From assembly GCA_030605795.1 (NCBI GenBank), contig JAUWHR010000005.1:338-64337 (forward strand): a stretch of DNA of 64,000 nt, in the 5' to 3' direction. Below the pieces are notes generated by a model, which worked only from the letters and a program-made list of their open reading frames with translations, was not told the origin of the DNA and made no database searches. Each line of letters opens with the position of its first letter. Within the stretch, counting starts at the first letter, position 1. Positions 47,637 through 57,884 of this stretch are shown here, in pieces. Origin of the DNA: Anaerolineae bacterium (GTDB lineage Bacteria; Chloroflexota; Anaerolineae; Anaerolineales; E44-bin32). The position numbers and the translations under genes are program-made.

Positions 47637-48725
47637 CTACTGCAATTCGCTTTGTTTCGCCTGCCGGATGTCGTCCCTCTCAGCCTGCCAGCTTATCTCC
47701 TTCCCTACAGGCATCCCCCGTGGCTCGAACCAATAGGCAGCACCGTGATAACGATGCTGGAACTCCAGGTTGCTCACACCCCTTCGATTCTTCTCAACAG
47801 CCCAACGCACAACTTCGACCCCGTCCTTACCCCAACCATCTCGATTAGCTATTATTGCAAGATCGGGCTCATATTGCATGATGGCGTTTCCCCAGAGATT
47901 CTCCAGGTGAACCCGCCCTCTTCTTAACCCCTCACCATCGGCCGCTCCTACCGCAACGACGGATAACACGATCCCCTCTGATGTCTTCCGTATTGCAAGT
48001 CCCTTCAACCCGGCCAATACTCTTTCTATCCGTTCCTCGGCTTCAAGTGCCCGTGAGGGATCAATAACCGGCACACGCTGGACATAGTCCACAAATAATA
48101 CAATCCTTTTATTGCCGTAGTGATCCACGGCCAAGTCGATATATTTCGACAGCGCTTCAAGATCTGTGTTTACCCCATCCCCGGTTACCAACCATATATT
48201 CCTCATCCTCGCCGATAAACTTGCCCATGCTTCTATGCCTTTGGGAATTCTTGCGAGCACTTCATCCATCATGTGCAATTTGTGCTCGCCGTCCTGCTCC
48301 TTTAATCGATCCCGCTCACTGATCGTCTCGATGTAAGCATCCCGAAGCAAGTCAGTCGTGATGTGGGTTGAGGTTCCATTCTTGAACGAGCTCTGGCAGA
48401 TCAATCGCTCCCACAAGGTCACCGTGCTGTGCTCATAACAAACGACAATCGCTAGGGCTCCGGTGCCAGCGATGTGGTTCGCCCACTGCAGGATCAGGGC
48501 TGTTTTGCCAATATTCTGAACTCCACCTACTATATTCAAATCACCGGAGTGAAGCCCTCCCCCGGTCAACCCATCAACTGTCTCGAATCCCGTTGGTATG
48601 GGCCAAAAAGCATCCTTATTTCCTTCTTCCAGATTCCGCTCAATCTTTAGAGCAACCTCCTCAAGATCCTCTGGATGCATCACAAACGGCGGTAAATGGA
48701 AACCTCTCGGTGTTTCAGGCATCAA
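47637..48725 (-). CDS. DnaB C-terminal-like / RecA-fold ATPase (RepA/KaiC-like)
   Basis: 362 aa. FETVDGLTGGGLHSGDLNIVGGVQNIGKTALILQ (Walker A) and IVLFVDYVQ (Walker B), as in DnaB_C/AAA_25 proteins. No DnaB N-domain. Confidence 0.7.
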   Translation of the reverse strand: MMPETPRGFHLPPFVMHPEDLEEVALKIERNLEEGNKDAFWPIPTGFETVDGLTGGGLHSGDLNIVGGVQNIGKTALILQWANHIAGTGALAIVVCYEHSTVTLWERLICQSSFKNGTSTHITTDLLRDAYIETISERDRLKEQDGEHKLHMMDEVLARIPKGIEAWASLSARMRNIWLVTGDGVNTDLEALSKYIDLAVDHYGNKRIVLFVDYVQRVPVIDPSRALEAEERIERVLAGLKGLAIRKTSEGIVLSVVAVGAADGEGLRRGRVHLENLWGNAIMQYEPDLAIIANRDGWGKDGVEVVRWAVEKNRRGVSNLEFQHRYHGAAYWFEPRGMPVGKEISWQAERDDIRQAKQSELQ

Positions 48726-48896
48726 ATTAATCCGTTCCCTGCACGGTCCCTCACGCTTCTTCTCTATTACTATCTTCTATTCGTCTTTTCTTCCCACGCA
48801 CTCGTATCTAGAACGAGTAAGTAAAAGGATCCTTCTTAGGCAAATACCTTCTGTATCCCTTTATACTTGACCTTCTCGACAAACAACATTCATCGC

Positions 48897-49652
48897 TTAT
48901 TCTTCTAGAAAAATGACCTCTGAGGACAGCCTATAATTTGGCCCTCCGCGTCTCCCTCCACGTAATACCTCCAGGATGTCAACCCCAAGGTTCTTGCCCA
49001 ACACATGACGCATCTTCCTCAATCGCTGCCCATAAGCCATAGGGTCAGCATCCAAGTTCTCTCCCCACACGTATGTCACCACCTGGGCGCGATTTACGTA
49101 GCTCCACCCATCCTCGTCTCTAGCCGACACAAGAATTTCGATCAGCTTTGATTGGGTGCTTGTAATAGTTGTTTCTCTGTTTCCTGCCTTATAAATACCT
49201 TTTTCCATATCGAGCACCCCATCGCCGATTTTTAACTTCACGCCGCTCTCATGTTTCAGTTCAACCCCCTCCATCCGCGCTCTAAGCGCCTCCATTTGCA
49301 TCAGCAGTGCTTTAGGCCGGTACGGCTTTCGCAGATAGAGGTCCGCTCCCCTTGATAGCAGATCATGCTCTGGATAATCCTCAAAATAACCGGAAAGAAT
49401 GATTATGAAAACCTTGTTCCCGTACTTTTCTCGTATTAATGGGACCAGATCAGATGCGTTGCCATCCTCCAAGTTCAGATCCAGGATCAACCATCCCGCT
49501 GTTGTCTCCTCAAGCAGATTCATCACTTCCGACTTCAGTTTCGTCCCTCGGACATCATAGGTTCCTATCTGTTCAAAGATCTCTCGCATTTCCCTCGCCC
49601 GCGCCATATCATCTTCGGCCAGGATAATCCGATCGTAATTATGCATTGCCAC
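48897..49652 (-). CDS. OmpR-type response regulator
   Basis: REC domain (ILAEDD, LILDLNLEDG, LRKPY) plus a C-terminal winged helix (LTSTQSKLIEIL..YVWG). Confidence 0.8.
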   Translation of the reverse strand: MAMHNYDRIILAEDDMARAREMREIFEQIGTYDVRGTKLKSEVMNLLEETTAGWLILDLNLEDGNASDLVPLIREKYGNKVFIIILSGYFEDYPEHDLLSRGADLYLRKPYRPKALLMQMEALRARMEGVELKHESGVKLKIGDGVLDMEKGIYKAGNRETTITSTQSKLIEILVSARDEDGWSYVNRAQVVTYVWGENLDADPMAYGQRLRKMRHVLGKNLGVDILEVLRGGRRGGPNYRLSSEVIFLEE

Positions 49653-51144
49653 GAGAACTATCCTCCTCAGCCTTGATATCTTCCGGGTCAGCCAATGGAA
49701 GGACTACCTCGAACAGCCCACCTGATTCTTCTCGGTTGCTGTGACAGCGCAACTCACCACCATAAGCCCTGGCAATAGCTCTGGATACTGTCAATCCCAC
49801 GCCCATACCGTAATCCACGCGTATTCCAACTTTCCTATCTTCCCGCATGCTCTCAAGTGGTGCAAATATTTTGTCAACGTCATCGGGATCAACTCCTGGT
49901 CCCTCATCCTCCACATATACCCTGGCAAATTCACCATCTTCCTGCACTCGCACCTCGACGCTTCCTTCCATCGGGGTAAAAGAAGCCGCATTATGCAACA
50001 TGTTCCTCAATATCGATCGAAGGTGGTGATCTCCCACCACATTGATTTCATCACCCGCTTCTACGATAAACATTACATCCGGCCACGCAGGCCTGACTTC
50101 TTGCAATGTCTCTCGCAGAACATCACTTAACGATACGACATTTCTCTCAAAAGGAAGTACATTATCAGCGAGAAAGGGCGCTTCCCGCATGAGATTGGTC
50201 CAGTACCCCGCCCGCGTGAGAAACGGCCGAAGATACTTTACCATGCTGGCGTCCGTTGACGATGTTTTTTCGCTCTGCGCATCCATACAATTGAGTGCGC
50301 CCTGCAATTCGTTGTTTAACTCATGCGCCAGCACTCGCATGATCAATCCCAGGTTCTCAAAACCCAGACCCTCTCTCCGTTCAATCACCTCCATAAGGAT
50401 GCTTCCCATTCGCTGGACGATCATGCCCAGTCCTGTTGTGAGGGCCTGGATGATCAGGTTGTCTTTTCGCCATTTTCCAACCGTCAGAGCGATTGCAATC
50501 CCCGCGGATATATCCCCTGATTTGGTGTGAGAGGTCCAACAAATCAACGGCCTTTTGGAGCCATCACTGTCTGTAATATAATCGATTACACCGGGCAACC
50601 CCTGCTCTCCTTCCATTAAATCCTTCAGGAAGTTCTCAGCCCAGCTTATGTTCCATCCGCCTTCTAGATGCTCAGACATTACTGGCAAGTAACGCCGGCG
50701 CTTTACCTCCCCACGGATAAGCAATCCTGGCGCCCTTATCCACATAATCCATCCGGCGTTGCCCGGGAATAACTCAGCTATCCTGGCGCCCGCAGGATAT
50801 AACTTCTCAGAATTTAATGGTGAAGATAGATCTGCAAGCAGATTGTCCAGACCGCGCAGCCAGTCGAACAGCTTCACGACCACCATTTCGCGCCTGGATG
50901 CATACATGAGCAGCAGTGCCACCAGCGCTCCAAAGAACGCCACTGCCAAATTGGGAAAGATCTCAATCCACCACAGCTTGCCTCTTGAAGCTGGAGATAG
51001 CAGTACCGACGCAACCAATATGCCAGTGACAAAGAGCAACCCTATCCCTGCATGATAGAGATAGAAACGCCCCCTCAAGGACTTGATCCGTCTCCACAAT
51101 CTTCTGATCATTAGCTTTCTGCCTCCAGGTTGTCGAGCATCCAT
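49639..51144 (-). CDS. Sensor histidine kinase
   Basis: Two N-terminal TMs. H-box RVLAHELNNELQGAL. HATPase_c N, G1 and G2 boxes (NMLHNAASFT, VEDEGPGV, GMGVGLTVS). An alternative start at 51111 gives a TAATG overlap with the upstream gene. Confidence 0.75.
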   Translation of the reverse strand: MDARQPGGRKLMIRRLWRRIKSLRGRFYLYHAGIGLLFVTGILVASVLLSPASRGKLWWIEIFPNLAVAFFGALVALLLMYASRREMVVVKLFDWLRGLDNLLADLSSPLNSEKLYPAGARIAELFPGNAGWIMWIRAPGLLIRGEVKRRRYLPVMSEHLEGGWNISWAENFLKDLMEGEQGLPGVIDYITDSDGSKRPLICWTSHTKSGDISAGIAIALTVGKWRKDNLIIQALTTGLGMIVQRMGSILMEVIERREGLGFENLGLIMRVLAHELNNELQGALNCMDAQSEKTSSTDASMVKYLRPFLTRAGYWTNLMREAPFLADNVLPFERNVVSLSDVLRETLQEVRPAWPDVMFIVEAGDEINVVGDHHLRSILRNMLHNAASFTPMEGSVEVRVQEDGEFARVYVEDEGPGVDPDDVDKIFAPLESMREDRKVGIRVDYGMGVGLTVSRAIARAYGGELRCHSNREESGGLFEVVLPLADPEDIKAEEDSSRGNA

Positions 51145-52391
51145 AAAGCACCTTCAGGCGTCAGTCCTGGCGATTTGGCCATGAATTCGAGGAAAGAACG
51201 GAGTATCTCTCCCGTTCGCCTCTCTGTGCGACTTCCTCGCAGGAACTCTTTCATCTTCCCCTGGAATACCTGCGACGACTCGATCTGAGCCATGAGAGGG
51301 GGGTTAAATACATCCATAACTCCTGATTCTGAGAAGCACAGTATCCGATACTCGCAATCTCCGCATGCTTTCCACCCACAAACCATCCTGGGGACGTAAG
51401 CCCCGCCCCTTACACCTGTAATCACAGCTCTGGCCAGAGACTCTAAAATGTCTGACCCATCACCAATCTTCGGATGGAAATCCTGTCGCTCACCCGAGAA
51501 CAAGTGCCTTACAGCAACAGCTTCTACTGCAGTCTTATCCGATCCGAAGTCGAGTCCGTCCGGAACGGCCTGCCCCAGCGCAAGCACCCTCAGATCCCGC
51601 GCCAGGCTATAGGGTGGCGGCAGGACTTCATCGAAGAGAAATTGTTCGTATCCGAGCTTAATTATCTTCGCGGGCTCCCCACCGTCTTTCCTGGGCCTCC
51701 CACGCCTCTTGGACACACCCTCCCTTGTAACGAGGTCGGCACGACAGAGCATCCGGACGGAGGGAAGTTCTACAATCATCGGGACATTAACCCCCACCAC
51801 CGACTCCCGCTCCGGCAATTCGAGCTTATTCGCGATGTCCATCGAGTTCGCAAAAGCATCTGCCAATCCTATGGGCGCCTGGTAATACTCATCATCCGTA
51901 ATCGTCAGCTCCCCCAGCCCAATTTTCCTTTGTTGGCTGTCTATGCTTTTCCGAAGACTTGTAAGCCCACTGGACTCAGCCATCTCCCGCCAGAAGCGGG
52001 TCCACATAGGCCGCTTGTATCTTTTTCCCTCCCGGTTGGTAATCTGGCCATCTTCGAATCTGCTCAAGATAGAGCGCCGGCGCTGGTGATAGTCAACAAG
52101 CGCCTTCGCAATACCTGCATCAATCTGCCACCCATCCAACCATCTCTTCCACACCAGTCCAAGAGATTGGCCAAAGTTGTATTTTTGCTCCTTCCCGTTA
52201 AACCGGTAATAGATCTTGGTTGCTGTACGGATTGATTCCCGAACCAGCTGATCGCCTGTGCGCTTCCCTTCAACCTCAGCCACATCGGGCGCCAGACCGG
52301 TTCTCCGCCACCAAACTCTTAGCGGGCAAAACGCCCAATCCCAGATGTCATCCAGCAATATTTGAAGTTTCTTTCCTTTCGCTTTATCCAT
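51111..52391 (-). CDS. Cas4/RecB-like PD-(D/E)XK nuclease with Fe-S cysteine cluster (putative)
   Basis: 426 aa. N-terminal WAFCPLRVWW cysteine plus C-terminal CGWKACGDCEYRILC (contains CX2CX5C), the arrangement seen in Cas4/AddB-type nucleases. Confidence 0.5.
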   Translation of the reverse strand: MDKAKGKKLQILLDDIWDWAFCPLRVWWRRTGLAPDVAEVEGKRTGDQLVRESIRTATKIYYRFNGKEQKYNFGQSLGLVWKRWLDGWQIDAGIAKALVDYHQRRRSILSRFEDGQITNREGKRYKRPMWTRFWREMAESSGLTSLRKSIDSQQRKIGLGELTITDDEYYQAPIGLADAFANSMDIANKLELPERESVVGVNVPMIVELPSVRMLCRADLVTREGVSKRRGRPRKDGGEPAKIIKLGYEQFLFDEVLPPPYSLARDLRVLALGQAVPDGLDFGSDKTAVEAVAVRHLFSGERQDFHPKIGDGSDILESLARAVITGVRGGAYVPRMVCGWKACGDCEYRILCFSESGVMDVFNPPLMAQIESSQVFQGKMKEFLRGSRTERRTGEILRSFLEFMAKSPGLTPEGALWMLDNLEAES

Positions 52392-52426
52392 GGCCCTTCA
52401 GTCGACTGGCATGTTCCCAGCAATGC

Positions 52427-52852
52427 TCACAACTCTTCTTGTTTGACCTCTTTCTGGTCCGGCCTAACCTCCCATTTCAACACGCTTCCGCTTGTTAATT
52501 CGCCCAAATGATCTTGATGGATTTCTAAAATAAAACAAGCTGGTTTCGATGAAGCGTAGTAGGGCCTCCATGGTTTCGCCAGCACGGAATGCACCACGCA
52601 CCCTTCTTCATCCAGCCATGCAACAGCTATCGGAAACCTCATTCCAAGCATGTGAATAGAAGTAAGGAACCCTGATTTACCTTGCCTGCCCCCTGGCATC
52701 TTCATCAGGATACCTTCATCCAGACTGAGTTCTTTTCGTCCAAGCAACCCACCCCGGCGCGGAGCCCCCGACTGGCAGTAAAAAACCTTGCGTGCCAGCA
52801 CCCGATCGCCTATGTACAGAATCAGCCTGTCCCCATCTTTAATATCCTGCAT
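52427..52852 (-). CDS. DUF192-family protein
   Basis: 141 aa. GLLGRKELSLDEGILM..MLGMRFPIAVAWLDEEGCVV..ILEI pattern of DUF192 (COG1430). Confidence 0.65.
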   Translation of the reverse strand: MQDIKDGDRLILYIGDRVLARKVFYCQSGAPRRGGLLGRKELSLDEGILMKMPGGRQGKSGFLTSIHMLGMRFPIAVAWLDEEGCVVHSVLAKPWRPYYASSKPACFILEIHQDHLGELTSGSVLKWEVRPDQKEVKQEEL

Positions 52853-53241
52853 GGCCGCTATTCCTTGCTACGTTGCTTTTTAGCCAGCTCGTACTCCTCC
52901 CTGGCCATCTCCATATCTTCTATGCAATGTGTCATGTGATAAAGGAGCGCCAACACAACCAACGTAATACAAGTAACGATTTATCAGAATCTTCGTAATT
53001 GCCGATAGTCCTCCCAAGTTATATATGCTGGCGCCGACCACCCCACGTGATCTGTATGCCAGTCATATCGCATCGGATTATTCAGGTCGAACCGGATAAC
53101 CCACCACCTGACCCAATAACCCCGCCTTCCCTCATCCAAAGAGACGGGACTGACCTGTCCCAAAACGCCATGCAATAATATTCACCGCGACCGGCAAACA
53201 GACCGAACAGATACCTCATATACCTTTTATCATGCGCCCGT

Positions 53242-53529
53242 TCATCTGAAAGTTCGCGTCAACACCATGAAAAACCATATGCCTATCACAACATCGAATA
53301 ACACCATCGCGATCAGCAGAGCGTTTGCCAACCCTGGTTTTCTTTCCTTCAAGCTTGAGCGAATTCCCATGGTCAAAAAGAAAATTCCTACCACAAGCGC
53401 CAGAACTCCTAAGAGAAAGGACCACGCCACAGTCGCAGTCATGATAATCAGTAGGCCGGCAATGCCGAACACAAAACCCAGCGCTAATAGTCTAATGTCC
53501 CTGCCTGCATATTTTCCCTTTGTTATCAT
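53242..53529 (-). CDS. Small polytopic membrane protein
   Basis: 95 aa with 3-4 hydrophobic helices. The antisense ORF 53267-53536 is judged a shadow. Confidence 0.45.
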   Translation of the reverse strand: MITKGKYAGRDIRLLALGFVFGIAGLLIIMTATVAWSFLLGVLALVVGIFFLTMGIRSSLKERKPGLANALLIAMVLFDVVIGIWFFMVLTRTFR

Positions 53530-53699
53530 TACTTAGCTCCTCTCATTGTTCAGTCCTAGTAAAAACCTGTATTGTGTTCATGATCTTCAAGTATTATAGC
53601 AACTCGCATTTGAAACTAATTTATGTTCAATCACCATGTAGTTTCCGTTCAACATTCGTCTGTGCCATAGCTACATAATACCTTCGAAGAAACGAGGTG

Positions 53700-55286
53700 C
53701 TATGTGCGCCCTTCCTTGCCCTGGCGCTTGCGGCCTTCAAGTTCCGCAAGCACCAACCTTGCAAGACCCTGGGCTCTTGTTGGAACAGCTCCTGCGTCTT
53801 TATCTGGGTCTCCTCTTGGATGCGGCCTTACGTATGTCGTTCCTGGAGCCAATATCATTCCCTTACCGCGGGCCAGCTTTTTAGCCCTCCAGCTCGCTCT
53901 CTTCCCTGCTGTAAGTCTTCTTACATGTCCTCTTACCTTATGAGCTTCGCGTCTTATGCAATCCAGATCATGGTCGCTTCCCCACTTTATCCTCCCATGG
54001 AAACTTATCTTACCAACTCTACCTGTTGTTCCCACTTCCTCCTTTTGAAGAGGTTCCTCTGAAAGCATCACGTTTTCCCCACCCACCCGTAAATCTCGCC
54101 AGAGCGCTGCCAGTGTTGCATGTACTGCAGGTATGGTTTGCAATGACAGGACCCATCTGCTCACATGGGGTCGCTTCGTTTTCCAACGAAATGAGAACCC
54201 GGGCTTATCTCGCTTTTCAAGCGCAACCCACATACCCTTTTCAGGAATGAGCCATATACGAAGCGCTGTAACCCCCCATTCGCGCAGCGGTGTGCCTTCT
54301 GGCAGATCAACACGAAAAGACCCGCAGGGATTGCATATGGCCTTTTCGATCGCCTCTTCCATTAATGCAATACTCAATCGTGCTGCCTGCTCGGGACGCA
54401 AATTCGACCACTTCGGTTTTTCTGGCTTTCGACAGGCAAGATTTACCGGCAGGTCAAGGTAAGGTATCTCCGATCTATAACCTGTCAGGTAACGCAGTAT
54501 GTTATTTCTTACCCCCCCACCCTCCCACTCCAAGACCTGTGGCCACGCAATTTCTCTGGCAGGTCCTGTTGCTCGCAAACTAACTCCCGATACCTTGATC
54601 CTGAAATCTGGTTTCAGTTCCAGCCACGCAGCTGCTAAACGCGCTAGCAGGGCATAATATCTGATGTCCAGAACCTGTGGCGCAATTTTTCTTCGAACTT
54701 CTGGATCCCATAACGCTTTGGCTAAAGAAACCCAAAACCTGGCCGCATCAGTGGCGCTCGCATTTACCCTGGGGAAATCCCCACGATCGAGAAAAACGTC
54801 AATGAACTTTCCAACCTCGTGGGCCAACTCTTTCTCGCTCCAATGACTGTTTGAGATGTCCGTTCCCGCGTCTGCCAGTCTGGCAAATAGAGCCGACGCC
54901 TTCCTTACCTCTCTTGATCCCTGTTTTGACGCCTCGCCCACCGCAAGTACAGCTGCAAATACGGCTGCAGGAATACTATTGCCGAGCCCTTGTTCGTGCA
55001 TTTCTATTTCGCGCAAAGCCTCCACCACAGGTAGCCGGTGTTTGATAACCAACTGGATCTTTTTCCCGCTTTGTTTGTTCAAACCGCGAATAATGACCTG
55101 GTCCCCTTTTTTCCCTCCTTCTGATGAATCCGTTCGCTCTGCTTCCCAAACCATTCCCGGGTCGGAGGCAATTGACTTGCCTTCATCGAGCGTTGCGATT
55201 CCTGATACCATCGACGCTGAAATATCAATCCTTTGCCAACTCACTGATCCAAGAATGCAAACATGGCCTGGCGGCAGGCGCCTCAC
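53700..55286 (-). CDS. Hypothetical 528-aa protein
   Basis: Long ORF in the operon with protein-like composition. No motif recognised. Confidence 0.5.
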   Translation of the reverse strand: MRRLPPGHVCILGSVSWQRIDISASMVSGIATLDEGKSIASDPGMVWEAERTDSSEGGKKGDQVIIRGLNKQSGKKIQLVIKHRLPVVEALREIEMHEQGLGNSIPAAVFAAVLAVGEASKQGSREVRKASALFARLADAGTDISNSHWSEKELAHEVGKFIDVFLDRGDFPRVNASATDAARFWVSLAKALWDPEVRRKIAPQVLDIRYYALLARLAAAWLELKPDFRIKVSGVSLRATGPAREIAWPQVLEWEGGGVRNNILRYLTGYRSEIPYLDLPVNLACRKPEKPKWSNLRPEQAARLSIALMEEAIEKAICNPCGSFRVDLPEGTPLREWGVTALRIWLIPEKGMWVALEKRDKPGFSFRWKTKRPHVSRWVLSLQTIPAVHATLAALWRDLRVGGENVMLSEEPLQKEEVGTTGRVGKISFHGRIKWGSDHDLDCIRREAHKVRGHVRRLTAGKRASWRAKKLARGKGMILAPGTTYVRPHPRGDPDKDAGAVPTRAQGLARLVLAELEGRKRQGKEGRT

Positions 55287-55933
55287 CTACCTGCTCCTTC
55301 CCTCAATCAAGCGTCGGTTTCATCGCCGCATGGCTCAAAGAACCATTCCCAGCCCGGGCCCCGCCCCTTCTTCGCGATGCGTTCGCCCAAGCAATAAAGC
55401 TACCAATGCATGAACTCGCCATACAGTTCCAGAAGACTTCCAGCATTCCCCATTATGCATAGAATGCCAGACTTTCTGTTGCCGCCTCCTCTCTCGCCGG
55501 CCTCCACATACCTTATTCAGCTAACTTGAAATGCTTCCATCTCCACTAAAAAACCGCCGTGCCCAACCCCGCTCCTCATTTTCCGTGCCTCGCTTATTAC
55601 TTCCGCGATTACGGTGTTACACATAGAGCCACCAAAAAATCACAAACGCTATTCCGCCCAAAAGTAATGCAAAAAAGGATCCCGCAATTGGATATCCCCT
55701 CATAAACCCGGCGATGCCTCCGCCGTGTGGCTGAATTTGCTCGGGAACGTTCGCACTTGACGCTGCCCTGCCTTTTTTTTCGATCGGACCAACCAGGATT
55801 GGTCGTCACCCATGCTCGATCCGATTGTGCACGTTCCTGGGCTATCCGTTCCACAAAATCCTTTTCATCCATGGTCTAAATTCCTCCCATGGGCTTTGCT
55901 TCATCCACATTACGCGATTTCTCCACACGAGCA

Positions 55934-56152
55934 CTAATCCTTCCGGTTGGGCACCTCAAGGTTACCCATATCGAGTCCTGCGTCGTGAAGTATTTGAGCT
56001 CCCTCGTCCGACTTCTGTGTTTCAGCCCCTTTCCCTCTCCGGATCCTTTCAATAATGCCCTTTGCTACTGCATCGTTCGGTTTCTCAGGATCGACATTTC
56101 CTCGTTCGTCTCTTTTGCTCCTACTTACCATCCGTTTTCCCGGATCACTCAT
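55934..56152 (-). CDS. Small charged hypothetical protein
   Basis: 72 aa. Its start overlaps the stop of the upstream gene by 4 nt (ATGA), suggesting coupling. Confidence 0.4.
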   Translation of the reverse strand: MSDPGKRMVSRSKRDERGNVDPEKPNDAVAKGIIERIRRGKGAETQKSDEGAQILHDAGLDMGNLEVPNRKD

Positions 56153-57879
56153 CGTCCCTTGTACCTTATCCTCTCTCGATCACCCCTCTTCCTCAGACTG
56201 CGTCTTAGCTCTCTCTTTCTCCACGGCTGCTCGCCTAAAAAAGGACGATCGCCAATTTTTCCGGTGCATTTCCATACCTCTCGCCAGGGCGCCATCCCCC
56301 CAATTGACTCGTATCCGAGCCCCACAGTATATTTTGCAGCAGATAATCTCGCCGGTGCATTGACCAGCCACCACTCGTGGCCTCTAGGGAGTATCAATCG
56401 GTCCAACAGAACAGTCCATCCGTCGATGTGACGGTCTCGCATCAACTCGAGTAGCTTGCTTTCCCTGTATGGGGATCCATCGATAACCCATACAAGAACA
56501 GGCTTAGCCGATTTCAAAGACTTCCACAGCTTCGCGTAGCTATCTAATCTCTTACCCAGCCGCGTGATCGGCATCGTTGCTCGATCGATTTCAACTAATA
56601 ATGTGTTTTCAACAAGCGGTCTATCAACCAGGGTTGTGTCGCCGTCAAGCCATCCGTGATACCAGATCGTTGCTTTTACCAGAGCATCGGGCATCACGAT
56701 ACCAGTCCTTCCAGTCCTCCCAGAAATATGATCCCGATACAACAGCCTGCTTCCCACAGTGGTTGTCATCTCAACCTGCGCTCCCCCGATCAGATTGGAT
56801 ACACACCTGGCCCCATATAGCAAGGACAGAGCGAACTGCCTGACCAATCGCTGGTGGTCCCCCAGATTGCTCAGCCACCTGAGGGAGTACTTCGTCTTAC
56901 CTCTTATCTTGCTGTCTGGTTTCTGCGGCCAGGGTTGGAAGCGTCGCATGTAACCGGGCTTTGTCCCCCAATATCCGGCCAGCATTTCAATCGCCAAGGG
57001 GGTGATTATTTTGCGATCCTCGAGCTGATCCCTTGCTATGGGCGATCTTCCTGTTTCAATCAAACCTGATTCTTCCATTCCTTTGATTCGATCTATCCTG
57101 GCCCGCATGTCCCTGCCATCGTCAGAAAAGAGGTAAGCAAGCTCGTAGGTCGTCAGCAGAGGATTATTCCCTGCTTCAACCAGTAATTCCCAGTCCTCCA
57201 TCGACAATTTGCCTGCGATCCTGCCGAGCGCGCTTCTACGGTGGTCCCCCCTGTGGCGGATACGGATATGTGCTTCCAGCTCTCTTCTCCCGTATGGCTT
57301 CCATTTGATTGTGGCAGATGAGCGCCTCTTGGGCCTCGCCACACGGCGTTTGCCGGTCCCCACAAGCCATACATGAATCTTCCACCCCCCACCCCAATTG
57401 AGCTCAACCTGATTAACCAGGCTGTCCAGTCGATCCTGATCACCGGTGAGTATGATGTCCCGAACACCACCGCCGTATTCCTTCGGTGGTTCGCGAATAA
57501 ATCCCAGCGCCTCAGGTGCACACCCCCCGAGATCAACCCACAATCTCCACCACCTGTCATCCCAGAGAAATTCGCCGTCCGCTTCGAAGCCAGGCGATAG
57601 ACCTGCCCGGATAGCGTCTTCCCCCATTACTTCGAGGGCGAAGTTCCGTGCCACCTCAAGCCTGCATAGATCCAGCAAAACGCAGGCCGGCTCCTTTCGA
57701 TCTGCATAACAAACACCTGACCCCTTCACCTCATAGCTCCTCAGCCGCCCCCCTTCCTCATGCAGGAGCCTGCCCACAACCATCTCGCCAAATACCCTAT
57801 CCAGAAAACCTCTGCTGCTGTAGGGCATGCGCCTCAGGAAGTCGACCAGGGTATCTTCCCGATCGCTGTTACGACTCAC
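56149..57879 (-). CDS. Replication-relaxation (Replic_Relax)-like protein
   Basis: 576 aa. Winged-helix-like LLTTYELAYLF..MEESGLIE, then GDHQRLVRQFALSL..IVMPDALV..LLVEIDRATMP..YAKL, resembling the H..PDA..E.DRGT pattern of the family. Confidence 0.55.
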   Translation of the reverse strand: MSRNSDREDTLVDFLRRMPYSSRGFLDRVFGEMVVGRLLHEEGGRLRSYEVKGSGVCYADRKEPACVLLDLCRLEVARNFALEVMGEDAIRAGLSPGFEADGEFLWDDRWWRLWVDLGGCAPEALGFIREPPKEYGGGVRDIILTGDQDRLDSLVNQVELNWGGGWKIHVWLVGTGKRRVARPKRRSSATIKWKPYGRRELEAHIRIRHRGDHRRSALGRIAGKLSMEDWELLVEAGNNPLLTTYELAYLFSDDGRDMRARIDRIKGMEESGLIETGRSPIARDQLEDRKIITPLAIEMLAGYWGTKPGYMRRFQPWPQKPDSKIRGKTKYSLRWLSNLGDHQRLVRQFALSLLYGARCVSNLIGGAQVEMTTTVGSRLLYRDHISGRTGRTGIVMPDALVKATIWYHGWLDGDTTLVDRPLVENTLLVEIDRATMPITRLGKRLDSYAKLWKSLKSAKPVLVWVIDGSPYRESKLLELMRDRHIDGWTVLLDRLILPRGHEWWLVNAPARLSAAKYTVGLGYESIGGMAPWREVWKCTGKIGDRPFLGEQPWRKRELRRSLRKRGDRERIRYKGR

Positions 57880-57884
57880 CTGGT

